Shown in pieces: positions 55,081 through 64,000 of a DNA stretch of 64,000 nucleotides. The notes beneath the pieces are model-generated. The model was not told where the DNA came from. It worked only from the letters and a program-made list of their open reading frames with translations, and did no database searches. Position numbers and translations under genes: made by a program. The first letter of the stretch is position 1. Each line of letters begins with the position of its first letter. Where the stretch lies: contig CALVCS010000012.1 in NCBI GenBank assembly GCA_944326035.1, positions 5,534-69,533 of the forward strand, read 5' to 3'. The DNA comes from an uncultured Alistipes sp. (GTDB taxonomy: Bacteria; Bacteroidota; Bacteroidia; Bacteroidales; Rikenellaceae).

Positions 55081-55129
55081 AAAACGCCCCCTTGCAGTTT
55101 TGAATTTCGTGTCTGCAAGAGGGCGTTTT
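55081..55129 (-). terminator. Hairpin terminator after sppA
   Basis: 17-bp stem aaaacgcccccttgcag/ctgcaagagggcgtttt (1 mismatch), U-rich at the minus-strand 3' side. Confidence 0.6.
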
Positions 55130-55154
55130 ATGTGATTAGGGTGGGCTGAACCGC

Positions 55155-56939
55155 CTATTCCAGGGTGATGTCACAAGGCAGGATCGCTTGTACCCCTTGG
55201 CGAGAGAGGATGCGTTGCAAACGGGTATACTGTTGGAAAGCCTCGCCCAATTCTCCTTCAAAAGCCGGTTCAAACGCCGAGGTTTTCACTCGTGACATCA
55301 ACATATCGAGCAGCATACTCAAACGATCTTCGGGGATCGAAGGGGTCGTCACCCGATAGTCATCGGCCACTCCGGCCCGATCGGCCGCCAATAAAATGGC
55401 CTCCCGCAACCCGCCATAGGCATCGATCAAGCCATTTTGCAAGGCACTCACCCCCGACCATACCCGACCGCCGGCTAGGCTGTCGACCTGCGGAACACTC
55501 AGGTTACGTCCCTGCGCCACATGATCCACAAAGGTGGCATACACCTCTTCCACCCCTTGCTGGATATAGGCCCGTTCGGCCGGCGTAACCGCCCGGAACG
55601 GAGAGCCCAAATCGGCCGACGGATTGGTCGAAACCCCGTCGACGGTAATGCCCAACTTGTTTTTCAATCCGTCGCTGGCGTTCAGCAATAGGCCGAAAAC
55701 CCCGATCGAACCGGTAATGGTGGTCGGCGAAGCCAGAATCACATCGGCCGGAGCTGCCATATAGTATCCGCCCGACGCGGCCATATCTCCCATGGAAACA
55801 ATCACCGGTTTTTCGGCACGCAGCCGTTCCATTTCGTGCCATACCACTTCAGCCGCCAAAGCACTTCCTCCGGGGCTATTGATGCGCAAAACCACCGCCT
55901 TGACATTATCGTCACGACGCATCCGGGCCAGTTTATCGGCCAAATCATCGCCTCCGATGTGATCTTTTCCGCCACCGCCATCCACCAGATCCCCTTCGGC
56001 ATAGACTACGGCAATCTGGTTTTTCGACATCGAAGCGGTCGAGCCATGCGTCTGTCCGATATACTCTTCCAAGGTAACGAACTGCGGTTCGTCCGACTGG
56101 CCGGTGATTTCCGCCAGACGATCTTCCACCTCACCGCGATAGGCCAACGAGTCGACCATCCCCAACTGACAAGCCGCCGCTGCGTTCGTAATCGACAACT
56201 GCGAAGCATAGGCCTGCAAGTCGGCCGAATCCAAGGATCGCGAAGCCGCGATTTCGGCCAACAACTGACCCCAAATCGTACCGGTCAGCACTTCGGTTTG
56301 GAGACGGTTTTCGGGGCTCATTCGATCCATCAGGAAAGGTTCGACCGCCGCTTTGAAACTGCCATGACGGAAAACTTCCGGTTTCAATTCCAATTTATCG
56401 AGCAATCCTTTATAAAACATCACCTGCGAAGACAACCCTTTCCAAATCAGTTCGCCTTGCGGATTGAGGTATATTTCATCGGCCACGCTCGACAGGTAGT
56501 AGGTCTTCTGGGAATAGTAATCGGAATAGCTGTAAATAAATTTTCCGGATGTTTTGAAACGTTGCAACGCGTTTCGAATTTCCGTTACCGTGGCCGTTCC
56601 CAGGGGAGTAAACGGCGAGACATTCAGGTAAATACCATCGATCCGATCATCCATAGCGGCCTGATCGATGGCGTTGATCACGTCCAACAGGGCCATTTTA
56701 TGGTTGACCGTCATGGAGGTCATATCCAGATCGGAGACCAAACTTCCAGACGGTTCATCGACCACCGGTTGTTGCAGATCGATACAGAGCACCGATCCTC
56801 TCTCCAGGGTCGGCGCAGATCCTCCCCCGAACAATAACGATACACTCGAGATGACATTCACCAAAAAGATCACCAAAAAGATGTTTGTCACCACAATCGC
56901 CAATAAAGCGGCCAAAAAGGTTTTCAAAAATGAATTCAT
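55155..56939 (-). CDS. sppA: Signal peptide peptidase SppA, 67K type (tandem S49 domains)
   Basis: The ATG at 56939 gives MNSFLKTFLAALLAIVVTNIFLVIFLV (TM anchor). The catalytic region contains GDMAASGGYY. The 82-aa upstream extension of the listed ORF has no protein-like character. Confidence 0.9.
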   Translation of the reverse strand: MNSFLKTFLAALLAIVVTNIFLVIFLVNVISSVSLLFGGGSAPTLERGSVLCIDLQQPVVDEPSGSLVSDLDMTSMTVNHKMALLDVINAIDQAAMDDRIDGIYLNVSPFTPLGTATVTEIRNALQRFKTSGKFIYSYSDYYSQKTYYLSSVADEIYLNPQGELIWKGLSSQVMFYKGLLDKLELKPEVFRHGSFKAAVEPFLMDRMSPENRLQTEVLTGTIWGQLLAEIAASRSLDSADLQAYASQLSITNAAAACQLGMVDSLAYRGEVEDRLAEITGQSDEPQFVTLEEYIGQTHGSTASMSKNQIAVVYAEGDLVDGGGGKDHIGGDDLADKLARMRRDDNVKAVVLRINSPGGSALAAEVVWHEMERLRAEKPVIVSMGDMAASGGYYMAAPADVILASPTTITGSIGVFGLLLNASDGLKNKLGITVDGVSTNPSADLGSPFRAVTPAERAYIQQGVEEVYATFVDHVAQGRNLSVPQVDSLAGGRVWSGVSALQNGLIDAYGGLREAILLAADRAGVADDYRVTTPSIPEDRLSMLLDMLMSRVKTSAFEPAFEGELGEAFQQYTRLQRILSRQGVQAILPCDITLE

Positions 56940-57143
56940 ACGCTTGTTTTTTCGCTGCGAAGCGGCCGACGGATGGTGACTCGGGATTCGAGTCCGGCCG
57001 CTCCTATTCACATTCGATCCAACCCCCCTCCATCGACCGAAAAAATCCACCTGAACTATCCGTTCTTTGCCGTGCTTTTTTCGGGTCGAGACAGGGCTCT
57101 TATGCAAATGTATATAAATTTCGCATATCCTTCGATCTTTTCG

Positions 57144-57151
57144 TATCTTTG
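57144..57151 (+). promoter_or_regulatory. -7 promoter element (TATCTTTG) for mrp
   Basis: Exact TAnnTTTG, 32 nt upstream of the ATG at 57184. Confidence 0.5.
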
Positions 57152-57183
57152 CTTCCGTATAACCCTCTAATTTACCAAGCGTC

Positions 57184-58260
57184 ATGATTCAAAACGACGA
57201 CTTAATGAATGTCCTGCGGGGGGTCATTCATCCCGAATCGGGAGAAAATGTGGTGGACCTGGGCATGATTGAGAATCTGCACGTCAGCGACGATAAGATT
57301 TCGTTGACGCTTGCCTTCGCCCGTCATCGCGACCCGATGGCCGCCTCCCTGAAAAAGAACATCGAATCGGCTTTGGTCACCGCCTATCCGCAATATGCCG
57401 GAAAGATCGCGATCTTTCTGAAAGAAGCCGCCCCGAAACCGAAACCCCAACCAACCGATCAGACCCATTCGACCTCCAACCTCGCCGAGGTTAAAAATAT
57501 CATTGCCATCAGTTCGGCCAAAGGAGGCGTCGGAAAAAGTACCGTCACCGCCAACCTGGCCGTCGCCCTCTCGCATATGAACTATCGAGTAGGGGTGCTG
57601 GACGCCGACCTGTACGGACCCTCTCAACCGACGCTTTTCGGCTTGGAAGATTACAGTCCGGTCGGTGAAAAGATCGATGGGGAAGAGAGGATCATTCCCG
57701 GAGAATCGATCGGCATCAAACTGATGTCGATCGGATTTTTCATCGATGCATCGGACGCTCTGATCTGGCGGGGTCCCATGGCTACCAACGCCCTGCGACA
57801 AATGATCCGACAGACACAGTGGGGTGCACTGGATTTTCTGTTGGTGGATCTGCCTCCCGGTACGGGCGATATCCATCTGACGTTGGTTTCGGATCTGCCG
57901 TTTACGGGAGCCGTGATTGTCAGTACTCCTCAAAAAATTGCCCTGGCCGATGTGGTTCGAGGGATTAAAATGTTCCGTAACGACAAGATCCATGTGCCGA
58001 TCCTGGGATTGATCGAAAACATGTCGTGGTTTACACCGGCCGAACTGCCCGATCACCGTTATTATATTTTCGGTCGAGGCGGAGCGCGCGACCTGGCCGC
58101 CAAAGAGGGAATTAAGCTGTTAGGCGAGATTCCGCTGATTCAAAGTGTACGAGAAGCTTCGGATGAGGGTCGTCCCATCGCCAACGAAGCCTCTCCGGCC
58201 GCCGCCTATTACGAAGATGTAGCCGGTAATATGATTCATCAACTGGATAAACTTTTATAG
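57184..58260 (+). CDS. mrp: Mrp/NBP35/ApbC-family Fe-S cluster carrier ATPase
   Basis: DUF59-like N-terminus (VIHPESGENVVDLGMI). Deviant Walker A SAKGGVGKST. DLPPGTGD motif. Confidence 0.9.
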   Translation: MIQNDDLMNVLRGVIHPESGENVVDLGMIENLHVSDDKISLTLAFARHRDPMAASLKKNIESALVTAYPQYAGKIAIFLKEAAPKPKPQPTDQTHSTSNLAEVKNIIAISSAKGGVGKSTVTANLAVALSHMNYRVGVLDADLYGPSQPTLFGLEDYSPVGEKIDGEERIIPGESIGIKLMSIGFFIDASDALIWRGPMATNALRQMIRQTQWGALDFLLVDLPPGTGDIHLTLVSDLPFTGAVIVSTPQKIALADVVRGIKMFRNDKIHVPILGLIENMSWFTPAELPDHRYYIFGRGGARDLAAKEGIKLLGEIPLIQSVREASDEGRPIANEASPAAAYYEDVAGNMIHQLDKLL

Positions 58261-58276
58261 TACAGTCACGTAACCA

Positions 58277-58317
58277 ACAGGGAGGAAACCTTTTACAGGG
58301 TCCTTCCTGTTTTTTTA
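58277..58317 (+). terminator. Hairpin terminator after mrp
   Basis: acagggagga...tccttcctgt (1 mismatch) followed by ttttttt. Confidence 0.5.
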
Positions 58318-58356
58318 TCCGATTGCGACGGCATCGGTCGAGCGTTGTGCAAAGCG

Positions 58357-58862
58357 TGTTTATAACTCGAGGAAACCACGAAGGAAAAACCGGCGTATTT
58401 TTCCGAAAAGAGCTTCATTCTAAAGCAGTTCGAAGCCTCCCTCCCTGGGCATCGAGCGAGGTCCACAAAATGTGGATTTCTCCCTCTATATCCTGTTGAT
58501 CAAATCCGATAACTCTTTCCAAAAAATCGTTGGAAAAACCGAATAGTTTTCCATACCTATACGGAAATGAAAAAAGCAAACTATTTTTACCAAACTTTTC
58601 CAACGGTTATTTTTGGAGTTTCGAACAGCTTTTAAGCACAAAAGAGAGGATGTTGATTTGTGAATAACCGTTATAAACAAGTGTGAATAACTTAAACAAA
58701 AACACCCGACAAAGAGAGAAAATTCGAATAGGAATGTTCGTTATAGGGGGATAAAAAAACGATATCTTTTTAGAAAAAATTTATCCACATCATCAACAGC
58801 CATTATTCTTATTCTTATTTTTTCTTATTTAAAAATTAAGGTTAAAAAATAAAAAGAAGAAA
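58357..58862. other. Candidate replication origin (DnaA-box cluster + AT-rich unwinding tract)
   Basis: Perfect TTATCCACA at 58781-58789. Two TGTGAATAA (TTATTCACA, 1 mismatch) at 58659-58667 and 58682-58690. TGTGGATTT at 58471-58479, within the palindrome TCCACAAAATGTGGA. Two TTATAAACA-type boxes at 58357-58365 and 58671-58679. AT-rich tract with ttcttatt repeats at 58791-58862. Sits in a 648-bp gene-free gap at the point where coding strand switches. Confidence 0.4.
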
Positions 58863-58908
58863 GAGGAAGAAGGTGGCTTTTCCTCGCTCTCTTCGCCCGC
58901 TTACCATC

Positions 58909-59865
58909 ATGAAAAACGAACCCTCCTACGACCCCCGCTCTCTCGTGGAAGAGATCGGTCGACTCAAACGGCAAAAAAAGGCCGTGATCTTAGCCCATTA
59001 TTATACGCGTCCCGAAGTGCAGGATATCGCCGATTTTACGGGCGATTCCCTGGCCTTGTCTCAAAAGGCGGCTCAGACCGACGCGTCGATCATCCTGTTT
59101 GCCGGCGTGCACTTCATGGCCGAAACCGCGAAGATTCTCTCGCCTGACAAAAAGGTACTCCTGCCCGATCCGCAAGCGGGTTGTTCGCTGGCCGACAGCT
59201 GTGAAGCCCAGGCTTTTGAACGCTTTTTGAAAGATTATCCGGATCATCTGGTGGTGGCTTACGTCAATACCTCGGTGGGGGTCAAGGCCCTGACCGATGT
59301 GTGCTGCACCTCGAGCAATGCCGTGGATATCGTACGCCGTATTCCGCGCGATCGTAAAATTGTCTTCGCCCCTGACCGCAATTTGGGCAATTACATCAAA
59401 AGTGTCACCGGTCGGGAGGATATGGTGGTGTGGAATGGCGCCTGTCATGTCCATGAAGAGTTTTCGGTCGAAAAGATTTTGGCCCTCAAAAAGAGCTATC
59501 CGAATGCTCCGGTCCTGGCCCATCCCGAATGCAAAAAGAGTGTGTTGTTGACGGCCGATTATATCGGCAGTACGGCCGCTCTACTGAAATATGCCTCCAC
59601 CTCTCCGGCTGATACCTTTATTGTGGTGACCGAGTCGGGTATTTTACACCAATTGAAACGGGAAAATCCGACCAAACAGTTCATTCCCGCTCCGCCGATC
59701 GATTCGACCTGTGGCTGCAACGATTGCCAATACATGAAGCTGGTCACCCTGGAAAAGATCTATCGGGCGTTGCGGGATGAAGAGCCCGAAGTCGTACTGG
59801 ACGAGACATTGCGTCGTCGGGCCGAACGTTCCATCCGCAATATGTTGGACGGCACTTTTATTTAG
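58909..59865 (+). CDS. nadA: Quinolinate synthase
   Basis: The listed start at 58873 is GTG. The ATG at 58909 gives MKNEPSYDPRSLVEEIGRLKRQKKAVILAHYY, a typical NadA N-terminus. Also contains DFTGDSL, VHFMAE and HPEC motifs. Confidence 0.9.
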   Translation: MKNEPSYDPRSLVEEIGRLKRQKKAVILAHYYTRPEVQDIADFTGDSLALSQKAAQTDASIILFAGVHFMAETAKILSPDKKVLLPDPQAGCSLADSCEAQAFERFLKDYPDHLVVAYVNTSVGVKALTDVCCTSSNAVDIVRRIPRDRKIVFAPDRNLGNYIKSVTGREDMVVWNGACHVHEEFSVEKILALKKSYPNAPVLAHPECKKSVLLTADYIGSTAALLKYASTSPADTFIVVTESGILHQLKRENPTKQFIPAPPIDSTCGCNDCQYMKLVTLEKIYRALRDEEPEVVLDETLRRRAERSIRNMLDGTFI

Positions 59866-59984
59866 GAGGGGACGAATCGCTGGGTTGGAACGGAGTCGTC
59901 AGGTGGAAGGAATGCACGATGGACCGATATCGGCATCGATCAAAAAATCGAGGATTGTCATTGTAACGGAAAATAGATGAAAAG

Positions 59985-62150
59985 ATGAGAAAAACGTGGA
60001 TTTTAACCGTACTGGCCTGTTGGTTGGGCAGTACCTCCCTGTGGGCCGACGAGGGCATGTGGATGTTGCCCTGGCTGCAGAAATTCAATATCAAGGAGAT
60101 GAAAGCCAAAGGATTGAAACTCTCTGCCGACGATATTTATAATCTCAACGGGAACGCTTTGAAGGATGCCGTCGTCTTATTCGGGGGCGGTTGTACGGGT
60201 GAAATCGTTTCGGCCGATGGCTTGTTGTTGACGAATCACCACTGCGGATACGGCTCCATTCAACGCCTCAGTAGCGTGGAACACGACTATTTACAGAACG
60301 GTTACTGGGCGATGAATCGTTCCGAAGAGCTGCCGGCTGCCGGCATGTCGGTTACCTTCATTCGTCGGATCGAAGATGTGTCGGATCAGATTTTTCCCTA
60401 TGTCAACGATCAGATGAGTGAAGCGGATCGGCAGAAGGTGATTCAGGATCGGATCAAACAGATCACGGCTGACGCACTGCCGGAAAACAGTACCTGCGAA
60501 GCGATGGTTCGCTCTTTTTTCGATGGGAATCAATACCTGTTGTTCGTGACGGAAAAGTATCCCGATATCCGTTTTGTGGGAGCACCTCCCTCCTCGATCG
60601 GGAAGTTCGGTGGAGATACCGACAACTGGATGTGGCCGCGTCATACGGGCGATTTTTCGATCTTTCGGGTCTATGCCGATGCTCAGGGACGTCCGGCAGC
60701 CTACAGCCCTAATAATGTCCCTTATCAGGCTCCGGTGCATCTGGCCATCTCCCTCAAAGGGGTTCATCCCGGCGATTATACCATGATTATCGGTTTCCCG
60801 GGTTCGACCGAACGCTATCAAACCTCTTACGAAATCGAACAGACCTATCGGGTGGACAATCCGGTCCGGATTTTGGTGCGGGGCGAACGTCAGGACAAGA
60901 TGATGGAAGATATGTTGGTCGATCCCAAAATCCGGCTGCAATATGCCAATAAATTCGCCGGTTCTTCCAACTATTGGAAAAACTCCATCGGGATGAACCG
61001 GGGGATCGAAAAACTGAATGTATTGGGCCAAAAACGGGCTTTGGAACAGCGTTTCATCGAATGGGTGCAGGCCGATCCAGGTCGGCAGGCCACCTATGGG
61101 GAGGTGTTGCCGACCATCGCCCAGATTGTCAAGGAACGTATACCGCGGGATCGGCATCTGCAATACTTGAATGAAGCCCTGGTTCGAGGGGTGGAATTGA
61201 TCGGTATGGCAGCTCCGTGGAATGCCTGGATTCGCTGTGGAGCCGATTCTATCTGGCAGGGGACCGATGCCCAGAAGTTGGCGGATTTGCAACGGGCTGC
61301 GGCTGCCAAGTATAAGGATTACAGCCCTTCGACGGATCGTAAGGTGACAAAGCGAATGGTCGCCATTTTGTTCGATTCATTGACGGCCGAAGAGCGTCCA
61401 GCCTTTTTGAATACCGAAAGAGAGCGTTTCGGAGGGGATGTGGATCGGATGGTCGACGATTGGTTCGATCGTTCGGTATTCGCTTCGCAGGAACGTTATG
61501 AAGAGATGTTGAAGCATCCCGATTATGCGGCCTTATACAACGATCCGGCCTTGCGTTTTTATCGCTCTTTGCAGGAGGTGGTCAAATTGCCGGAAGCGGA
61601 ACAACAGGCCCTCAAGGAGAGAGCTTTGAGTTTGGTGCGGGCCAAGAGATTGTTCCTGAAAGGCTTGATGGAGATGCAATCCGACAAGATCTTCTATCCG
61701 GATGCGAACCTGACGATGCGATTGACCTATGGTCAGGTGTTGCCGTATCGGCCGGCCGATGGGGTCATTTACGATTACTATACCACGCTCAGCGGTGTTA
61801 TGGCGAAGGAAGATCCGAAAAATCCCTATGAATTTACCGTTCCCGAACGGCTCAAGGAACTCTATCGATCGAAAGATTTCGGTCCTTACGCCGAAGCGGG
61901 CGATGTACGCGTAAACTTTTTGAGCAATAACGATATCACGGGAGGAAACTCCGGTAGTCCGGTCTTGAATGCCCATGGCGAACTGATCGGTCTGGCGTTC
62001 GATGGAAACTGGGAAGCCATGAGCGGAGATATCGCTTTCGAACCCGATTTGCAACGAACCATCGTGGTTGATATTCGTTATGTATTGTTTATCATCGATA
62101 AATTTGCGGGTGCTTCCCATCTGCTGGATGAAATGACGATTGTGCGTTAA
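59985..62150 (+). CDS. S46-family dipeptidyl peptidase (DPP7/DPP11-like)
   Basis: Signal peptide then ADEGMWM. Catalytic His in TNHHCGY. Ser in GGNSGSPV. 721 aa. Confidence 0.9.
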   Translation: MRKTWILTVLACWLGSTSLWADEGMWMLPWLQKFNIKEMKAKGLKLSADDIYNLNGNALKDAVVLFGGGCTGEIVSADGLLLTNHHCGYGSIQRLSSVEHDYLQNGYWAMNRSEELPAAGMSVTFIRRIEDVSDQIFPYVNDQMSEADRQKVIQDRIKQITADALPENSTCEAMVRSFFDGNQYLLFVTEKYPDIRFVGAPPSSIGKFGGDTDNWMWPRHTGDFSIFRVYADAQGRPAAYSPNNVPYQAPVHLAISLKGVHPGDYTMIIGFPGSTERYQTSYEIEQTYRVDNPVRILVRGERQDKMMEDMLVDPKIRLQYANKFAGSSNYWKNSIGMNRGIEKLNVLGQKRALEQRFIEWVQADPGRQATYGEVLPTIAQIVKERIPRDRHLQYLNEALVRGVELIGMAAPWNAWIRCGADSIWQGTDAQKLADLQRAAAAKYKDYSPSTDRKVTKRMVAILFDSLTAEERPAFLNTERERFGGDVDRMVDDWFDRSVFASQERYEEMLKHPDYAALYNDPALRFYRSLQEVVKLPEAEQQALKERALSLVRAKRLFLKGLMEMQSDKIFYPDANLTMRLTYGQVLPYRPADGVIYDYYTTLSGVMAKEDPKNPYEFTVPERLKELYRSKDFGPYAEAGDVRVNFLSNNDITGGNSGSPVLNAHGELIGLAFDGNWEAMSGDIAFEPDLQRTIVVDIRYVLFIIDKFAGASHLLDEMTIVR

Positions 62151-62349
62151 CCTTTATTGATTTTTCCTTTTCACGCTATGTTAGGAAAAGAAAGATCGGT
62201 TTGAACGGTCGATCGCTGTTTCATGAATGACTGAAAAGGAAATATTTTTTCTTACTCCCGGTCGGTGGATCTTCTTCTGCCGATCGGGTTTATTTTTTTG
62301 ATTTATGGCTCCATCGGAGGGATTTAGCAAAAGATTCCTGAAAAAAGTG

Positions 62350-62357
62350 TATTTTTG
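62350..62357 (+). promoter_or_regulatory. -7 promoter element (TATTTTTG) for glnS
   Basis: Exact TAnnTTTG, 24 nt upstream of the ATG at 62382. Confidence 0.5.
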
Positions 62358-62381
62358 CCTGTAGAATCTATCAATCTTGTT

Positions 62382-64000
62382 ATGAGCACGATCAATCAAG
62401 AACCCCTGACCGAGGAAAAATCCCTCAATTTTCTGGAAGAGATCATCGAAAACGATATAGCCCAAGGGCGTACGACGGTTCATACCCGTTTCCCGCCGGA
62501 ACCCAACGGTTATCTGCATATCGGACATGCCAAAAGTATCTGCCTGAACTTCGGGTTGGCAAAGAAATATGGTGGTACCACCAATTTGCGTTTCGACGAT
62601 ACCAATCCGGTGAAGGAAGATGTGGAATATGTGGATTCCATCAAGGAGGATGTACGTTGGCTCGGTTTCCAATGGGCCGAAGAACACTACGCTTCGGACT
62701 ATTTCGAACAGCTGTACGAATGGGCTGTGGCGTTGATCAAGAAGGGAAAAGCCTATGTGGACGATCAGAGTCAGGAAGAGATTCGTCAGGGTCGGGGTAC
62801 GGTCACTGTACCCGGTACGAATAGCCCCTGGCGGGATCGCAGCATCGAAGAGAACCTCGATCTGTTCACGCGGATGAGAGCCGGTGAATTTGCCGACGGC
62901 GAAAAGGTGCTGCGGGCCAAGATTGATATGGCTCATCCCAATATGTTGATGCGCGACCCGATTATGTATCGGATCATTCACGCCGAACACCATCGGACAG
63001 GCAACAAATGGTGCATCTATCCGATGTACGATTTCGCGCATGGACAGAGCGATTCCATCGAAAAAATTACCCATTCGATCTGTACACTCGAATTCGATGT
63101 GCATCGTCCGCTCTATGATTGGTTCATTCAGCAGCTGGAGATTTACCCCAGCCATCAATACGAATTTGCCCGCTTGAACCTGACCTATACGATGATGAGT
63201 AAACGAAAACTGCTTCAATTGGTTCAGGATAAAGTGGTTATGGGTTGGGATGATCCCCGCATGCCGACCATCAGCGGGTTGCGTCGTCGCGGATATACGC
63301 CCGAAAGTATCCGTATGTTTGCCGATAAAGTGGGGGTGGCCAAACGGGACAATGTGATCGATTTGGGACTCTTGGAGTTCTGTGTTCGCGAAGACCTCAA
63401 TAAACGGGCACAACGTCGTATGGCGGTGTTGGATCCGATCAAGGTGGTGATTACCAACTACCCCGAAGGAAAGACCGAAATGATGTCCTGTATCAATAAC
63501 CCGGAAGACGAATCGGCCGGGGTACGTCAGGTGCCCTTCTCGCGGGAAATTTACATCGAACGGGACGACTTCATGGAAGAACCTCCTAAGAAATATTATC
63601 GTCTCTCTCCGGGGAAAGAGGTGCGTTTGCGCTATGCCTATCTGATTCGTTGTGATGAAGTGATCAAAGATGCAGAGGGTCGGGTCGTTGAATTGCGTTG
63701 TACCTATGATCCCCAGTCCGGAGGAGGTAGCTCTTCGGATGGTCGCAAAGTGAAGGGGGTGATCCATTGGGTATCGGTTCCCCACGCACAACCGGCTGAA
63801 ATCCGTCTGTTCGATCGCTTGTTTATGAAGGAAGATATGGATAATATGGAAGAGGGAAAGACCTTCCTGGATTACCTCAATCCTGATTCTTTGCGGGTGA
63901 TTACGGGTTATCTTGAACCTTCGCTGGCTGAAGAGGCTCCGGGAACCACCTTCCAGTTCGAACGTTTGGGCTACTTCTGTGTGGATAAGGATTCGACGCC
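62382..64000 (+). CDS. glnS: Glutaminyl-tRNA synthetase (3' end outside window)
   Basis: Not in the ORF track because it has no stop within the window. Own translation: [58 protein letters not shown]... (HIGH motif), [11 protein letters not shown] (KMSKS-like), ending ...[17 protein letters not shown] in frame at 64000. Confidence 0.9.
   Translation, partial: MSTINQEPLTEEKSLNFLEEIIENDIAQGRTTVHTRFPPEPNGYLHIGHAKSICLNFGLAKKYGGTTNLRFDDTNPVKEDVEYVDSIKEDVRWLGFQWAEEHYASDYFEQLYEWAVALIKKGKAYVDDQSQEEIRQGRGTVTVPGTNSPWRDRSIEENLDLFTRMRAGEFADGEKVLRAKIDMAHPNMLMRDPIMYRIIHAEHHRTGNKWCIYPMYDFAHGQSDSIEKITHSICTLEFDVHRPLYDWFIQQLEIYPSHQYEFARLNLTYTMMSKRKLLQLVQDKVVMGWDDPRMPTISGLRRRGYTPESIRMFADKVGVAKRDNVIDLGLLEFCVREDLNKRAQRRMAVLDPIKVVITNYPEGKTEMMSCINNPEDESAGVRQVPFSREIYIERDDFMEEPPKKYYRLSPGKEVRLRYAYLIRCDEVIKDAEGRVVELRCTYDPQSGGGSSSDGRKVKGVIHWVSVPHAQPAEIRLFDRLFMKEDMDNMEEGKTFLDYLNPDSLRVITGYLEPSLAEEAPGTTFQFERLGYFCVDKDST

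Noticed and set aside
54700-55149. 149-aa + strand ORF in the lpxK-sppA gap, and possible ncRNA there
   Set aside because: The ORF overlaps the lpxK 5' end and promoter and has no protein-like features. I could not recognise any known RNA family (SRP, 6S, tmRNA, RNase P signatures are absent).
56940-57183. Divergent sppA-mrp intergenic region as the origin instead of 58.3-58.9 kb
   Set aside because: It is short, not particularly AT-rich, contains promoter boxes but no TTATCCACA-like boxes. The DnaA-box cluster lies in the next gap.

Overview
64-kb chromosomal segment that looks like a Bacteroidota genome. Evidence: a SusC/SusD pair, TAnnTTTG -7 promoter boxes ahead of many transcription units, an S46 dipeptidyl peptidase, and many lipoprotein signal peptides. 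G+C is above 50% by eye. The nrdDG operon suggests an anaerobe; the taxon is inference only. I call 43 protein-coding genes, two of them cut by the window edges. The 5' end of a metallophosphoesterase lies before base 1. A glutaminyl-tRNA synthetase runs off the 3' end and is missing from the ORF track; the listed 536-aa minus-strand ORF there is its shadow. I also call one tRNA-Arg(CCG), one cobalamin riboswitch, a set of hairpin terminators and a set of promoter boxes. Content is mostly housekeeping: metY, tex, pepP, nrdDG, lgt, ribE, asd, PBP1A, ssb, PNP, lpxK, sppA, mrp, nadA, glnS. Glycan and nutrient-scavenging genes are interleaved: a susC-susD-GH37 locus, a GH78 rhamnosidase, a heparinase II/III-like protein, a GH123-like protein, and an exported ADP-ribosylglycohydrolase-ribokinase-transporter-esterase cluster. 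I see no CRISPR array, transposase, integrase, restriction or other recognisable defence system, and I cannot point to a convincing wholly novel multi-gene system. The observations most worth a second look are these. (1) An unlisted B12 riboswitch with its own promoter and terminator in front of nrdDG. (2) A DnaA-box cluster plus AT-rich tract at 58.3-58.9 kb that coincides with a coding-strand switch, a candidate oriC. (3) An AT-rich islet next to tRNA-Arg, flanked by an S24-like regulator whose catalytic Ser is Ala. (4) A 161-nt near-identical tract inside two otherwise diverged tandem TlpA-like paralogs. (5) A long, TTAG-rich leader in front of a regulator-less susCD locus. (6) A large HExxH / beta-propeller-like / beta-barrel protein whose start overlaps the stop of a SUI1/YciH gene. 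(7) An 810-bp structured, GATC-dense non-coding region upstream of metY. Many ORF-track starts (TTG/GTG or far-upstream ATG) appear over-extended; I trimmed them where a promoter box or signal peptide supports a later ATG.
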